Source: an uncultured Lachnospiraceae bacterium
Lineage (GTDB): Bacteria; Bacillota; Clostridia; Lachnospirales; Lachnospiraceae
Length of the DNA: 64,000 nt
Assembly (NCBI GenBank): GCA_947630595.1
Contig: CANRIG010000003.1
Location: 8,640 to 72,639 of the forward strand
Reading direction: 5' to 3'
Numbering within the stretch: position 1 is the stretch's first letter; every line of letters begins with the position of its first letter. The notes below the pieces were generated by a model. The model had not been told where the DNA came from, made no database searches, and worked only from the letters and a program-made list of their open reading frames with translations. Shown here one piece after another: positions 1-9,805 of this stretch. A program made the translations under genes and the position numbers.

Positions 1-966
1 TTACTGGAGATTGAAAATCTCAGCGTAGAATACAATACGGAAATTGCAACGGTATATGCGGTGAACGGGCTCAGCTTATCCTTGAATTACGGCGAGACGC
101 TCGGGCTGGTGGGCGAGACCGGCGCAGGAAAAACCACGACCTGTCTGAGCATTATGCGTTTGCTGCCTGAGGGCATCGGCGATGTCACCGAGGGAAAGAT
201 TACCCTGGACGGAAACGATATGCTGGCCCTTCCGGAGGAAAAGGTGCGCGAGCTGCGCGGCAATACCGTATCCATGATCTTTCAGGACCCGATGTCCAGC
301 CTCAATCCGGTGATGACGGTGGGAGATCAGATCAAGGAAGTGCTGAAAATTCACAACCGCAGCATGAGCAAGGACGAACTGGACAAAGCGGTGGACAACA
401 TGATGGAACTGGTAGGCATTCCTGCGAACCGCAAAAATGAATATCCGCACGAATTTTCCGGCGGTATGAAGCAGAGAATCGTGATTGCGATTGCACTGGT
501 GTGCGAGCCCAAGCTGATTTTGGCGGATGAACCGACGACGGCGCTGGATGTGACCATTCAGGCGCAGATGCTCGGCCTCATCAATGACCTGCAGAAGCGC
601 CTGAATACGGCGATGATTCTGGTCACCCATGATCTGGGCGTGGTCGCGCAGACCTGTGAAAAGGTGGCGGTCATGTATGCCGGGGAAGCGGTGGAAATCG
701 GACAGGCAGAGCATATTTTCGGAGGAAAGTATCTGCATCCGTATACGCAGGGATTGTTTAATGCGATTCCGAAGCTGGACGAGGATACGCCCCGCCTGGA
801 GACCATTGAGGGCATGATTCCGGATCCGACGGTGAAAATCGAGGGCTGCCGTTTCGCAGACCGTTGCCGGCACGCGACGGAGGCCTGCAGAAAAGCGCCG
901 CGGATGGTCGAGGTGGAGAAGGGGCATTATATCAGATGCCATCTGTTCGGGAACAAACGGGAGTGA
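1..966 (+). CDS. oppD: oligopeptide/dipeptide ABC transporter ATP-binding protein (OppD/DppD type); 5' end outside window
   Basis: Frame is open from base 1 (LLEIENLSVEYNTEIATVYA precedes listed ORF 61..966 in frame). Walker A GETGAGKT, signature FSGGMKQR, Walker B ILADEPTTALD, H-loop THDL, opp-type Cys-rich C-terminal extension CRFADRCRHATEAC. Confidence 0.9.
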   Translation, partial: LLEIENLSVEYNTEIATVYAVNGLSLSLNYGETLGLVGETGAGKTTTCLSIMRLLPEGIGDVTEGKITLDGNDMLALPEEKVRELRGNTVSMIFQDPMSSLNPVMTVGDQIKEVLKIHNRSMSKDELDKAVDNMMELVGIPANRKNEYPHEFSGGMKQRIVIAIALVCEPKLILADEPTTALDVTIQAQMLGLINDLQKRLNTAMILVTHDLGVVAQTCEKVAVMYAGEAVEIGQAEHIFGGKYLHPYTQGLFNAIPKLDEDTPRLETIEGMIPDPTVKIEGCRFADRCRHATEACRKAPRMVEVEKGHYIRCHLFGNKRE

Positions 967-984
967 CAGCAGCGGAGGTAAAAG

Positions 985-1941
985 ATGGAAGATAAAATTT
1001 TAGTTGAAGTCAAAGATCTGAAAAAATATTTCAAGACATCCAAGGGAATGCTGCATGCTGTCGACGGCCTGAATTTTAAAATCCGAAAAGGAACGACGCT
1101 GGGCGTCGTCGGAGAATCCGGCTGCGGAAAGTCCACGCTCGGCAGAGTGCTTCTGCATCTGCACGAATCGACCGGCGGCCAGATCATCTATGACGGGCAG
1201 GATATCACGCATTATGCGGCAAAAGATCTGGTGGAAATCCGCAAACGCATGCAGATGATTTTCCAGGATCCCTCGGCTTCTCTGGATCCGAGAAAGAATG
1301 TAAAAAATCTGATCGGCGAGCCGCTGAAGAATTTCAAGGTCTGCAAAAGCAAGGCGGAGTATGAGCAGCGGGTCAGCGAGATCATGGAGACGGTCGGACT
1401 TGCGCCGCGCTATGCGGAGAGCTATTCCCATGAGCTGGACGGCGGACGCAGGCAGAGAATCGGCATCGGCCGCGCTCTGGCCATGAATCCGGAGTTCATC
1501 GTCTGCGACGAGCCGGTATCCGCGCTGGACGTGTCCATTCAGGCGCAGGTGCTGAACCTGCTGATGGACCTGCAGGAGGAAAAGGGCCTGACCTATATTT
1601 TTATCACCCATGATCTGAGCGTGGTAAAACATATCAGTCATGAAATCATTGTCATGTATCTGGGGCAGTGCGTGGAATATGCGAAAACGGACGCTCTTTT
1701 CAAAAAGCCGATGCATCCCTACACGCAGGGCCTGCTGGAAGCGGTGCCGATTCCGAGCCTTACCGGGAAGAAGCTTTCGACCGAGGTCATGAAAGGCGAG
1801 CTGACGAGCCCGATCGAGCCCAAACCGGGCTGCCGTTTCGCAAATCGCTGCCCGCATGCGACAGAGAAGTGCCGCGGCCGCGATATCGCGCTGAAGGAAG
1901 TAGAGCCGGGCCACTTTGTAGCATGCACGCTGTTTGCGTAA
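985..1941 (+). CDS. oppF: oligopeptide/dipeptide ABC transporter ATP-binding protein (OppF/DppF type)
   Basis: 318-aa ORF with GGAGG (974-978) 6 nt upstream of ATG. Walker A GESGCGKST, Walker B FIVCDEPVSALD, ITHDL, C-terminal CRFANRCPHATEKC. Confidence 0.9.
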   Translation: MEDKILVEVKDLKKYFKTSKGMLHAVDGLNFKIRKGTTLGVVGESGCGKSTLGRVLLHLHESTGGQIIYDGQDITHYAAKDLVEIRKRMQMIFQDPSASLDPRKNVKNLIGEPLKNFKVCKSKAEYEQRVSEIMETVGLAPRYAESYSHELDGGRRQRIGIGRALAMNPEFIVCDEPVSALDVSIQAQVLNLLMDLQEEKGLTYIFITHDLSVVKHISHEIIVMYLGQCVEYAKTDALFKKPMHPYTQGLLEAVPIPSLTGKKLSTEVMKGELTSPIEPKPGCRFANRCPHATEKCRGRDIALKEVEPGHFVACTLFA

Positions 1942-1957
1942 AAACGGAGGGATAGAA

Positions 1958-3658
1958 TTGCTGACAACAGAAGAACAGCAGGAGCTGCAGAGAGTCCGGG
2001 ACGAATTTGCAAAGTGCAGAGTGAAGCCGGAGCATGAGATTGCTTCATGCACGGAGAAAATGCTGCAAATGGCGGACGGCGTAAAGCTGCGGACGATAAT
2101 CTACCGCACGGACAGCCGTCCGGCCGCGCCCGCGATCGTGGCACGCACCTGCTATCCCAATAACGATTACCTTTACCGGGCTACGGCGGAGGAATACTGC
2201 CGGCGGGGATTTCATTACATCTATCAGTACTGCCGCGGCACCGGAGGCTCGGAAGGCGTCTGGGAACCTAACGTCAATGAGCGGGCGGACGGGAAAACGA
2301 CCATCGACTGGATTGACGCGCAGGAATGGGTGGAGAGCATCGGTTACTGCGGCTGTTCCTATCTGGCGCTGACCGGCTGGCTGATCGCCGACATTCTGCC
2401 GGAAAAGGTAAAAACCATGTATCTGACTCACTACGGGACGCAGCGTTTTGTATCGGCATATCAGGACGGCATGTTCCGGCACGATGTGCTGACGGCATGG
2501 ACTATGGAAAACGCAGGCCGTCCGGTGACGGCGGATTATCTGAAATCCTGCCTTTACCGTCCGCATCTGGAAGTGGATGAGGCGATGTGGGGCGGAAAAA
2601 TAGAGTGGTACCGGGACTGGATCACGAGCACGGACGCCGACGATTCGTACTGGAACAGCGGTTTCTGGAAACTGCTGCGAGATATTCCGTCCCGGGTGAA
2701 GGTGCCGCTGTATGTGGGTGAGGGCTGGTATGATCATCATCTTGCATCCGCGATCGAGACTTACAAATCCCTGCCGGAGGAATGCAGGGCAAAAAGCCGG
2801 TTTCTGATCGGCGCATGGAATCATGGATTTTATGTGAAGCTGCAGGACCGCAGCGGCAGTCACTATGAAAACGACGATATTCTGCGCGCGTTCGACTGGT
2901 TTCAGGAACTGCTGGTAGAAGGCAGAACGCCGCAGCGGGAGATCGATTATTACATTATCGGGGACGACCGCTGGTATAAGAGGGAGCGGTTTGAACTGGA
3001 GCGGCAGAAGGAGCTGCGCCTGCACATCGGAGCGCCGGAGAATGGAATCTATGCCCTGTCCGCGCAGAAAGAAGCGCAGAGTCAGGTGCTGGGATGGGAA
3101 TACGACCCGGAGAATCCGGTGATGACGCATGGCGCGGAGTCTCTGCTGGTGACGAAAGAGGAGCAGGGAAGTCTCCTGCAGCCGCCTCCCGGATATCGGC
3201 CGGACGTGATTTCCTGTATTTCGGAACCGCTTTCTGAGAGCGTGACGGTGTTCGGAAAAATGAAAGTGACGCTGACTGTGTCGGCGGATGTGGACGATAC
3301 CGCGTTTGCCGTCCGCATTATGGAAGTCATGGAGAACGGCAAAGCCTACAACATGCGCACCGGCATTACCACATTGGGCTACCGCAACCAGAGCAGTCAC
3401 CGGCAGCCGTATAAACCGGGCGAGAAAGTGACTATTACCATAGACACCTGGGATCTGGCCTGGAAGCTGCAGAAGGGTTCGCGTATTCGTATCGACCTGA
3501 CTTCGACTGATTTCCCGCAGTACAGCGTGCACAGCAATTACGCGGGCTGCTGGGCGGAAAAAGACAGGGTGCGGAAAGCGCATCCGCAGGTATATTTTGG
3601 CGGCGAAAACGAGTCCTGCCTCAGCCTTCCCCTGCTGGAAGACGGAAACGGACGGTGA
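1958..3658 (+). CDS. CocE/NonD family alpha/beta hydrolase (peptidase S15-like), paralog 1
   Basis: Listed ORF 1934..3658. TTG 1958 preferred because GGAGGG (1946-1951) lies 6 nt upstream. Family-like blocks GSEGVWEPN, SIGYCGCSYLALTGW (nucleophile Ser context), EGWYDHHL, DFPQYSVHSNY. Start uncertain by 24 nt. Confidence 0.75.
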   Translation: MLTTEEQQELQRVRDEFAKCRVKPEHEIASCTEKMLQMADGVKLRTIIYRTDSRPAAPAIVARTCYPNNDYLYRATAEEYCRRGFHYIYQYCRGTGGSEGVWEPNVNERADGKTTIDWIDAQEWVESIGYCGCSYLALTGWLIADILPEKVKTMYLTHYGTQRFVSAYQDGMFRHDVLTAWTMENAGRPVTADYLKSCLYRPHLEVDEAMWGGKIEWYRDWITSTDADDSYWNSGFWKLLRDIPSRVKVPLYVGEGWYDHHLASAIETYKSLPEECRAKSRFLIGAWNHGFYVKLQDRSGSHYENDDILRAFDWFQELLVEGRTPQREIDYYIIGDDRWYKRERFELERQKELRLHIGAPENGIYALSAQKEAQSQVLGWEYDPENPVMTHGAESLLVTKEEQGSLLQPPPGYRPDVISCISEPLSESVTVFGKMKVTLTVSADVDDTAFAVRIMEVMENGKAYNMRTGITTLGYRNQSSHRQPYKPGEKVTITIDTWDLAWKLQKGSRIRIDLTSTDFPQYSVHSNYAGCWAEKDRVRKAHPQVYFGGENESCLSLPLLEDGNGR

Positions 3659-5355
3659 GGCAGATGAAACGGCAGGAAAAGAAACTGCAGCATCTGCGGG
3701 AGCTGTATCAGGCGCTGCCGGAGCCGGAAACGGGACTGCCGGCGGTGAAACAGGAATACCGGCTGGAGATGTCGGACGGCTTCCGCCTGCGCACGGTGTT
3801 CTGGCGCCCGTCCGGCATGAATGCCTTTCCGGTTGTGGTGACGAGAAGCTGTTATCCGGAGCAGGAAGCGGAATTTGAGGTGCATGCGCAGGGCTTTGCC
3901 GCGCGAGGATTCGGTTTTGTGCTCCAGTGGTGCCGCGGCATTCACGGATCAGAGGGAGACTGGGAGCCGAATACGCATGAGCGGCAGGACGGGCTGGACA
4001 CTATGCACTGGCTGGCGGAGAGGCCGGAGGTGACGTCGATCGGATACTGGGGCAATTCCTATCTGGCCTCTACCGGCTGGTGCATGGCGGATGCAGTTCC
4101 GGATAAGGTGAAAAGCATGTACCTCGGCGTTTACGGTACGGACCGCTACACTTCGGTGTATCAGGACGGGCTGTTCCGTCAGGATATCTTTACCTGGTGG
4201 TCGATGATCAATGCCGGCGTGCCGGTGACGGCGGATTATCTGGAATCCTGCCGCTACCGTCCGCAGATTGGAGTGGATGAAGCGCTCTGGGGCGTTCGCC
4301 TGAACTGGTACCGGGACTGGATTTCCAATACAGACCGGGACTGCGAATACTGGTCGCGGCAGGGATTCTGGCGGATGATGCAGGAGATACCGGGCCGGCT
4401 GAAAATTCCGGTATTCATCCGGGAAGGATGGTATGACCATCATCTCGGGAGCGCGGTGCTTACCTGGGACCGGCTTTCGGAACAGAGCCGGGCGTGCAGC
4501 GTCTTTCAGATTGGACCGGAGCGGCATTTTGAGGATTTCGTTCTTCAGGGACAGCAGACGGAGCAGGTAAAGGACGACCGGGTTTCTTCCCCGTATTTCT
4601 GGTTCGCAAAGACTCTGCGCGACGGAGAAAAGCCGGAGCGCTGCTGCCGGTTTTATGTGATTGGCGCAGATCGCTGGATGGCGATGGAGGATCTGCCGCG
4701 TTCGGGCGGGCGCTCCGCGGTGCTGCATCTGGATGCGCGTCAGACGGAGCACAATACCGGACAGCTGAGGGCCGGGGCGGAAGCGGAAGGAGAAGTTTCC
4801 TATATATATGATCCGGCCGATCCGGTTCCCTCGCACGGCGCGGAATCCTGCTTCAAACAAATCCGGGAGATCGGCAGTCTGTATCAGCCGGAATGCGGGT
4901 ATCGGAAGGATGTCGTCAGTTTTGTTTCCGGGGTGTATGAAAAGCCGCTGTGCATACTCGGCAGCATGGAGGTGCGGCTGTTTGTGAGCTCGGATGCAGA
5001 GGATACGGCGTTTACGGCGAAAATAATGGAGGTTTTCGCGGACGGGCGCTGCGTCAACATCCGCGGCAGTATTACCACGCTGGCCTACCGGAACGGCTCG
5101 GCGGTGCGGCAGACCTATGAACCGGGCAGGGTTGAGGAAATCTGCATTGTGATGTGGCCGATTGCCTGGCAGACGCATCCCGGTTCAAGAATCCGTGTGG
5201 ATATTTCTTCCTCGGATTTTCCGCAGTACGCGGCGCACAGCAATTACCCGGGCGTCTGGTCTCTGCAGGAAAAGACGAAGCCGGCGCTGCAGACCGTTTA
5301 TACGGGGGATCGTTACGATTCCAGAGTGATACTCCCGCTGTACGAAAAGGAATAG
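3655..5355 (+). CDS. CocE/NonD family alpha/beta hydrolase, paralog 2
   Basis: 566-aa ORF. GTG 3655 overlaps the stop of paralog 1 (alternative ATG 3664). Shares GSEGDWEPN, SIGYWGNSYLASTGW, PVTADYLESCRYRP, EGWYDHHL, DFPQYAAHSNY with paralog 1. Confidence 0.75.
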   Translation: MRQMKRQEKKLQHLRELYQALPEPETGLPAVKQEYRLEMSDGFRLRTVFWRPSGMNAFPVVVTRSCYPEQEAEFEVHAQGFAARGFGFVLQWCRGIHGSEGDWEPNTHERQDGLDTMHWLAERPEVTSIGYWGNSYLASTGWCMADAVPDKVKSMYLGVYGTDRYTSVYQDGLFRQDIFTWWSMINAGVPVTADYLESCRYRPQIGVDEALWGVRLNWYRDWISNTDRDCEYWSRQGFWRMMQEIPGRLKIPVFIREGWYDHHLGSAVLTWDRLSEQSRACSVFQIGPERHFEDFVLQGQQTEQVKDDRVSSPYFWFAKTLRDGEKPERCCRFYVIGADRWMAMEDLPRSGGRSAVLHLDARQTEHNTGQLRAGAEAEGEVSYIYDPADPVPSHGAESCFKQIREIGSLYQPECGYRKDVVSFVSGVYEKPLCILGSMEVRLFVSSDAEDTAFTAKIMEVFADGRCVNIRGSITTLAYRNGSAVRQTYEPGRVEEICIVMWPIAWQTHPGSRIRVDISSSDFPQYAAHSNYPGVWSLQEKTKPALQTVYTGDRYDSRVILPLYEKE

Positions 5356-5402
5356 AGAGACAGGGGGCATTCTGACAAAATGACAGGGGATTTACAGGCA
5401 AT

Positions 5403-5420
5403 AAGTACAACGTTGTACTT
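5403..5420. promoter_or_regulatory. perfect 18-bp palindrome AAGTACAACGTTGTACTT (candidate operator)
   Basis: Read directly. Central CG, 9-bp arms, ends 30 nt upstream of ATG 5451, in the 95-nt gap after the hydrolase genes. Confidence 0.4.
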
Positions 5421-5450
5421 TTGCATAGAGAGATTTAAGGAGGAAAAGCG

Positions 5451-6818
5451 ATGAAAAAGATTGCAATTGGCGGCGGCCAGGGCTTCTGGGGCGATTCGCC
5501 GGATGCCGCGATCCACATGATTCGCAGAGGCGATATCCAGTATATGGCCTGCGACTATCTGGCGGAGCTGACGCTGTCCATTATGGCGAAGCAGCAGCTG
5601 AAGGATCCGTCGAAGGGCTTTGCCCCGGATTTTGTGACCAGGATTCTCAAAGAAGTCGGAAAAGAAGCATGGGATAAGAAGATTAAAATGCTGACCAATG
5701 CCGGCGGAATGAATATTTCCGGCTGTGTGGAAGCGATTCGCCAGTGGGCGGAGGCTGAGCAGCTCAAAGGCTACAAAATCGGCTATGTGACCGGCGATTC
5801 CATCAAGGAGAAGATTCCGCAGCTCTTAAAAGACGGCTGGACATTCCCGAACTTTGATTACGACGGCGATTTCCATGAAATTGTCGATAAAATTTACAAC
5901 TGCAACGCCTATATCGGCCATGAAGCGATCGAGCAGTGTGTTGCGGACGGCGCGGACGTTGTGATTACGGGCCGTGCAGCGGACAGCGCGCTGTTTCTGG
6001 CGCCGCTCGCCCATGAATTCGGCTGGGCGGACGACGACTGGGACAATCTGGCGCGCGGTATCATGGCAGGCCATCTGCTGGAGTGCGGCGGTCAGGGCTC
6101 CGGCGGCAACTACATGTATGACTGGAGAAATGTGCCGCGGATGGACGAGCTGGGATTCCCGATCGCCGAGCTGACGGAGGACACGTTTGAGATTACGAAA
6201 GCCCCGGACTGCGGCGGCGTGATCTGCGAGCAGAGCTGCAAAGAGCAGTTCCTCTATGAGGTTCACGATCCGGCCAACTACATTACGCCGGATGTGAACG
6301 TGGACATCAGCCAGGCCACGATCACTCAGGTGGGGCCGGATCGGGTCCGCATCGGCAATATTCACGGCAAAAAGCGCCCGGATACGCTGAAGCTCTGCGT
6401 GGGTTATCACAAGGGCTGGAAAACCGTATCCATGCTGAGCTTCGCATGGCCGGATGCATATGAAAAGGCGAAATACTGCGGCGAAGTGATTATGAAGAAG
6501 ATGGCGCGCCTCGGTATGAAGGCGGACGACGTACATATCAGCTATATCGGCGTCAACAGCCTGCATCTCGGCGTAGCCGACATGAGCGAGGAAGCCCTGA
6601 AAAACCTGAACGAGTGCGTACTGCGCATTGCGGTATTCAGTGAAGACAAGAGCGAGTGCGCGAAGATTATACCGGAAATCAGCCCCATGCAGCTGAACGG
6701 CCCGCCAGGCGCATCCTTCTTCGGCGGCAGAGCGCACGTGCAGGAGGTTATGGCGCTGTGGCCGACGACCATCCCGAGAGACGCACTGGACATTCAGTCT
6801 CATATTCTGGAGGTGTAA
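5451..6818 (+). CDS. AtuA-like protein (DUF1446 family), large part
   Basis: 455 aa, AGGAGG RBS. N-terminus MKKIAIGGGQGFWGDSPDAA...ACDYLAELT matches my recollection of the DUF1446/acyclic-terpene-utilisation AtuA family. Confidence 0.75.
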   Translation: MKKIAIGGGQGFWGDSPDAAIHMIRRGDIQYMACDYLAELTLSIMAKQQLKDPSKGFAPDFVTRILKEVGKEAWDKKIKMLTNAGGMNISGCVEAIRQWAEAEQLKGYKIGYVTGDSIKEKIPQLLKDGWTFPNFDYDGDFHEIVDKIYNCNAYIGHEAIEQCVADGADVVITGRAADSALFLAPLAHEFGWADDDWDNLARGIMAGHLLECGGQGSGGNYMYDWRNVPRMDELGFPIAELTEDTFEITKAPDCGGVICEQSCKEQFLYEVHDPANYITPDVNVDISQATITQVGPDRVRIGNIHGKKRPDTLKLCVGYHKGWKTVSMLSFAWPDAYEKAKYCGEVIMKKMARLGMKADDVHISYIGVNSLHLGVADMSEEALKNLNECVLRIAVFSEDKSECAKIIPEISPMQLNGPPGASFFGGRAHVQEVMALWPTTIPRDALDIQSHILEV

Positions 6819-6821
6819 AAA

Positions 6822-7151
6822 ATGGCAGAGATTTATCTGAACGATATTGCGCACGGGCGCAGCGGCGACAAGGGCGATACCAGCAATGTGTGCGTGTACG
6901 CGAGAAAGCCCGAATATTACGATATCATCAAACGCGAAGTGACGCCGGAGGCGCTGCATGCCTTTTTCGGCGACATGGTAAAGGGTGAAATTATCCGCTA
7001 TGAGGTGCCGAGCCTCGGAGGGTTTAACTTTGTGATGAAGCATGCGCTGGGCGGCGGCGCGACCATGAGCCTGCGTCTGGATTCCCTCGGAAAGTCGATG
7101 GGAAGTGCGGTGATGCGCATGAAGATTCACGTGGAGGACGGAGAACTGTAA
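6822..7151 (+). CDS. small AtuA-associated protein (DUF4387-like; equivalent to the AtuA C-terminal part)
   Basis: 109 aa, starts 3 nt after the stop of the DUF1446 ORF (taa aaa atg). HGRSGDKGDTSNV motif as I recall for the partner domain. Confidence 0.6.
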   Translation: MAEIYLNDIAHGRSGDKGDTSNVCVYARKPEYYDIIKREVTPEALHAFFGDMVKGEIIRYEVPSLGGFNFVMKHALGGGATMSLRLDSLGKSMGSAVMRMKIHVEDGEL

Positions 7152-7254
7152 AACAATAAAAGCATCGGTATCGAAACCTGCAGAGACAGGCGGCGCTCCC
7201 GGGAGTGAAGGCGCGGGACGCATCTGGGTCTGAGCGTTCCGGGGCTGACTTTTA

Positions 7255-7303
7255 TCCTGCAGGGAATCCTTTCGGATTTCCTGCAGGACGAAAGATACTT
7301 CGT
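7255..7303 (+). other. two adjacent RNA hairpins in the 199-nt intracluster spacer
   Basis: TCCTGCAGGGAATCC (7255-7269) / GGATTTCCTGCAGGA (7274-7288): 15-bp stem with one G:U, loop TTTC. Followed by ACGAA-AGATAC-TTCGT (7288-7303). No T-tract. Confidence 0.4.
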
Positions 7304-7350
7304 GCGGGTGCGCTGAACGTAAAAGCCTGAGAGATAAAGGAGAAAAAATT

Positions 7351-8562
7351 ATGAACAGAGATAACCATGATACACAGGCATTGGAGAACTTAATTGTACT
7401 GGATCTGACCAGAGTGGTGGCCGGGCCGTATGCAGGCGCGCTGCTGGGAGACCTGGGCGCTCATGTCATCAAAATCGAAATGCCGGGCTGCGGTGACGAT
7501 GCCAGGGGATACGCCCCGTATCAGAACAACGAGAGTATGTATTATGCGAACCTGAACCGCAACAAAAGGGGAATAACCTTAAACCTGAAAACGGAAAAGG
7601 GCAAGGAAGTGCTGCGCAAGCTGGCAATGAAGGCGGATATTCTGCTGGAAAACTACCGGCCGGGCGTGATGGATAAGCTGGGCCTTGGCTATGATCAGCT
7701 CCGTGAGCTGAACCCGCGCCTGATTTATGGCGCCGTGTCCGGCTTTGGCTCCTACGGACCGTACGCGCAGCGCCCGGGCTACGACATCCTGTCGCAGGCG
7801 ATGGGCGGTCTGATGAGCGTGACCGGAGCGAAAGGCGGCGAGCCGACCAGATCCGGAAATGCGATGGGTGACGTGCTCGGCGGCATGAATCTGGTGATCG
7901 GCGTGCTGGCAGCTGTAAATTACCGCAACATTACCGGCCGGGGACAGCGCGTGGACATCTCGCTGGTGGATTCTGTGGTAGCCAGTCTGGAGAACGCGTA
8001 CATCCGTTACTTCAAATCGCATCAGATTCCGGTCAGAAACGGAAACGCATATGCGTCGATCGCGCCATATGATACTTATCATGCAAAGGACGGCTATGTC
8101 ATCATTGCCTGCGGCAACCAGAAGCTCTACGAGAAATTCTGTAATGAGGTAGTGGAAATGCCGTGGATGATTACCGACGAGCGGTTCCTGACGGTGCCGC
8201 TGCGGGTAGAGAACAATGAGATTCAGAAGAAATACATTGAAGAGTGGACGATGAAATACACCGTGGACGAGGTTGTGGAAAAGGTGCTCTCCAAGGGCAT
8301 TCCGGCCGGTCCGATTTATAATGTGAAGCAGATTACGGAAGACGAGCACATTGCGAAAGTGAGAGAAATGTTTATTGATATAGATCATCCGGTTATCGGT
8401 AAGATGACGGTGAACGGATGCCCGGTGAAGCTGATGGATGCCATGCCGCGGATTAACTGTCCGGCGCCGACGCTGGGACAGCACAACGATGAGATTCTGC
8501 AGGAGATGCTGGGATACTCGGCGGAGGATGTGCAGGCAATGCGGGAGGAAAATGTGATCTGA
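7351..8562 (+). CDS. family III CoA-transferase (CaiB/BaiF/Frc type)
   Basis: 403 aa. N-terminal LDLTRVVAGPYAGALLGDLGAHVIKIE and overall length typical of the family. RBS AAAGGAG. Confidence 0.85.
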   Translation: MNRDNHDTQALENLIVLDLTRVVAGPYAGALLGDLGAHVIKIEMPGCGDDARGYAPYQNNESMYYANLNRNKRGITLNLKTEKGKEVLRKLAMKADILLENYRPGVMDKLGLGYDQLRELNPRLIYGAVSGFGSYGPYAQRPGYDILSQAMGGLMSVTGAKGGEPTRSGNAMGDVLGGMNLVIGVLAAVNYRNITGRGQRVDISLVDSVVASLENAYIRYFKSHQIPVRNGNAYASIAPYDTYHAKDGYVIIACGNQKLYEKFCNEVVEMPWMITDERFLTVPLRVENNEIQKKYIEEWTMKYTVDEVVEKVLSKGIPAGPIYNVKQITEDEHIAKVREMFIDIDHPVIGKMTVNGCPVKLMDAMPRINCPAPTLGQHNDEILQEMLGYSAEDVQAMREENVI

Positions 8563-8602
8563 GCCCTGCATGGCCGGATAACGGAGAACGGAGGACAGGA
8601 AA

Positions 8603-9787
8603 ATGGCGGCGAAGGTAGTATTAGCGGGAGCCTGCCGCACGGCGATCGGAAAGATGGGCGGCATGCTGAAAGACGTTCCGGCTTCGGAACTGGGGGCGAT
8701 TGTAATCCGGGAGGCGCTGCGCCGGGCCGGCGTGCCGGCGGAGGCGGTGGATCAGGTATACATGGGCTGCGTGATTCAGGCCGGGCTGGGCCAGAATGTG
8801 GCGCGGCAGGCTTCCATCCGGGCGGGACTGCCGGTGGAGGTGCCGGCGGTGACGGTAAATGTGGTCTGCGGTTCGGGACTGAACTGCGTCAATATGGCGG
8901 CGCAGATGATCCGGGCGGGCGATGCGGATCTGGTGGTGGCGGGCGGCATGGAAAACATGTCTCAGGCGCCGTACGCGATGATGAACGGGCGCTTCGGCTA
9001 CCGCATGAACAACGGAACGCTGGTGGACACGATGGTGAACGACGCGCTGTGGGATGCGTTCCATCAGTACCATATGATGATGACGGCGGAGAATGTGGCG
9101 GAACAGTGGCATCTGACCAGGGAGGAACTGGATGCGTTTGCTGCGGACAGCCAGCAGAAATGCTGTCAGGCTGTACAGAATGGGAAATTTACGGAGGAAA
9201 TCGTCCCGGTGACGGTAAAAGCCGGAAAGAAAACCGTGGAATTTTCGGCGGACGAGGGGCCGCGTCCGGGGACGACACGGGAGATTCTGGCCGGTCTGCG
9301 GTGCTGTTCCGGCAAAACGGAGGGCGGCGTGGTAACGGCCGGAAATTCCTCCGGCATCAACGACGGAGCGGCCGCTGTGGTCGTGATGAGTGAGAAAAAA
9401 GCAAAGGAACTGGGCGTGACGCCGATGGCGACGGTAGTCGCCGGCGCGCTTGGCGGCGTGGATCCGGCGATTATGGGCGTGGGTCCGGTGGCGGCGACCC
9501 GGAAAGCGATGGCCAGGGCCGGCCTGCAGGTATCCGATATGGATCTGATCGAAGCCAACGAGGCATTTGCGGCACAGTCTCTGGCGGTGGCGCGGGAACT
9601 GCAGTTTGACCCGGATAAGCTGAATGTGAACGGCGGCGCGATTGCGCTGGGCCACCCGGTGGGAGCGTCCGGCTGCCGGATTCTGGTGACGCTGCTGCAT
9701 GAGATGCGGCGGCGCGACGCAAAGCGTGGACTGGCGACCCTGTGTATCGGCGGCGGCATGGGCTGCGCGCTGATTGTGGAAAGATAA
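8603..9787 (+). CDS. acetyl-CoA C-acetyltransferase (thiolase)
   Basis: 394 aa. Active-site contexts VNVVCGSGL (Cys), [15 protein letters not shown] (His), LCIGGGMG (Cys). Confidence 0.9.
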   Translation: MAAKVVLAGACRTAIGKMGGMLKDVPASELGAIVIREALRRAGVPAEAVDQVYMGCVIQAGLGQNVARQASIRAGLPVEVPAVTVNVVCGSGLNCVNMAAQMIRAGDADLVVAGGMENMSQAPYAMMNGRFGYRMNNGTLVDTMVNDALWDAFHQYHMMMTAENVAEQWHLTREELDAFAADSQQKCCQAVQNGKFTEEIVPVTVKAGKKTVEFSADEGPRPGTTREILAGLRCCSGKTEGGVVTAGNSSGINDGAAAVVVMSEKKAKELGVTPMATVVAGALGGVDPAIMGVGPVAATRKAMARAGLQVSDMDLIEANEAFAAQSLAVARELQFDPDKLNVNGGAIALGHPVGASGCRILVTLLHEMRRRDAKRGLATLCIGGGMGCALIVER

Positions 9788-9805
9788 AAAAAGGAGGAAA
9801 CAGTT

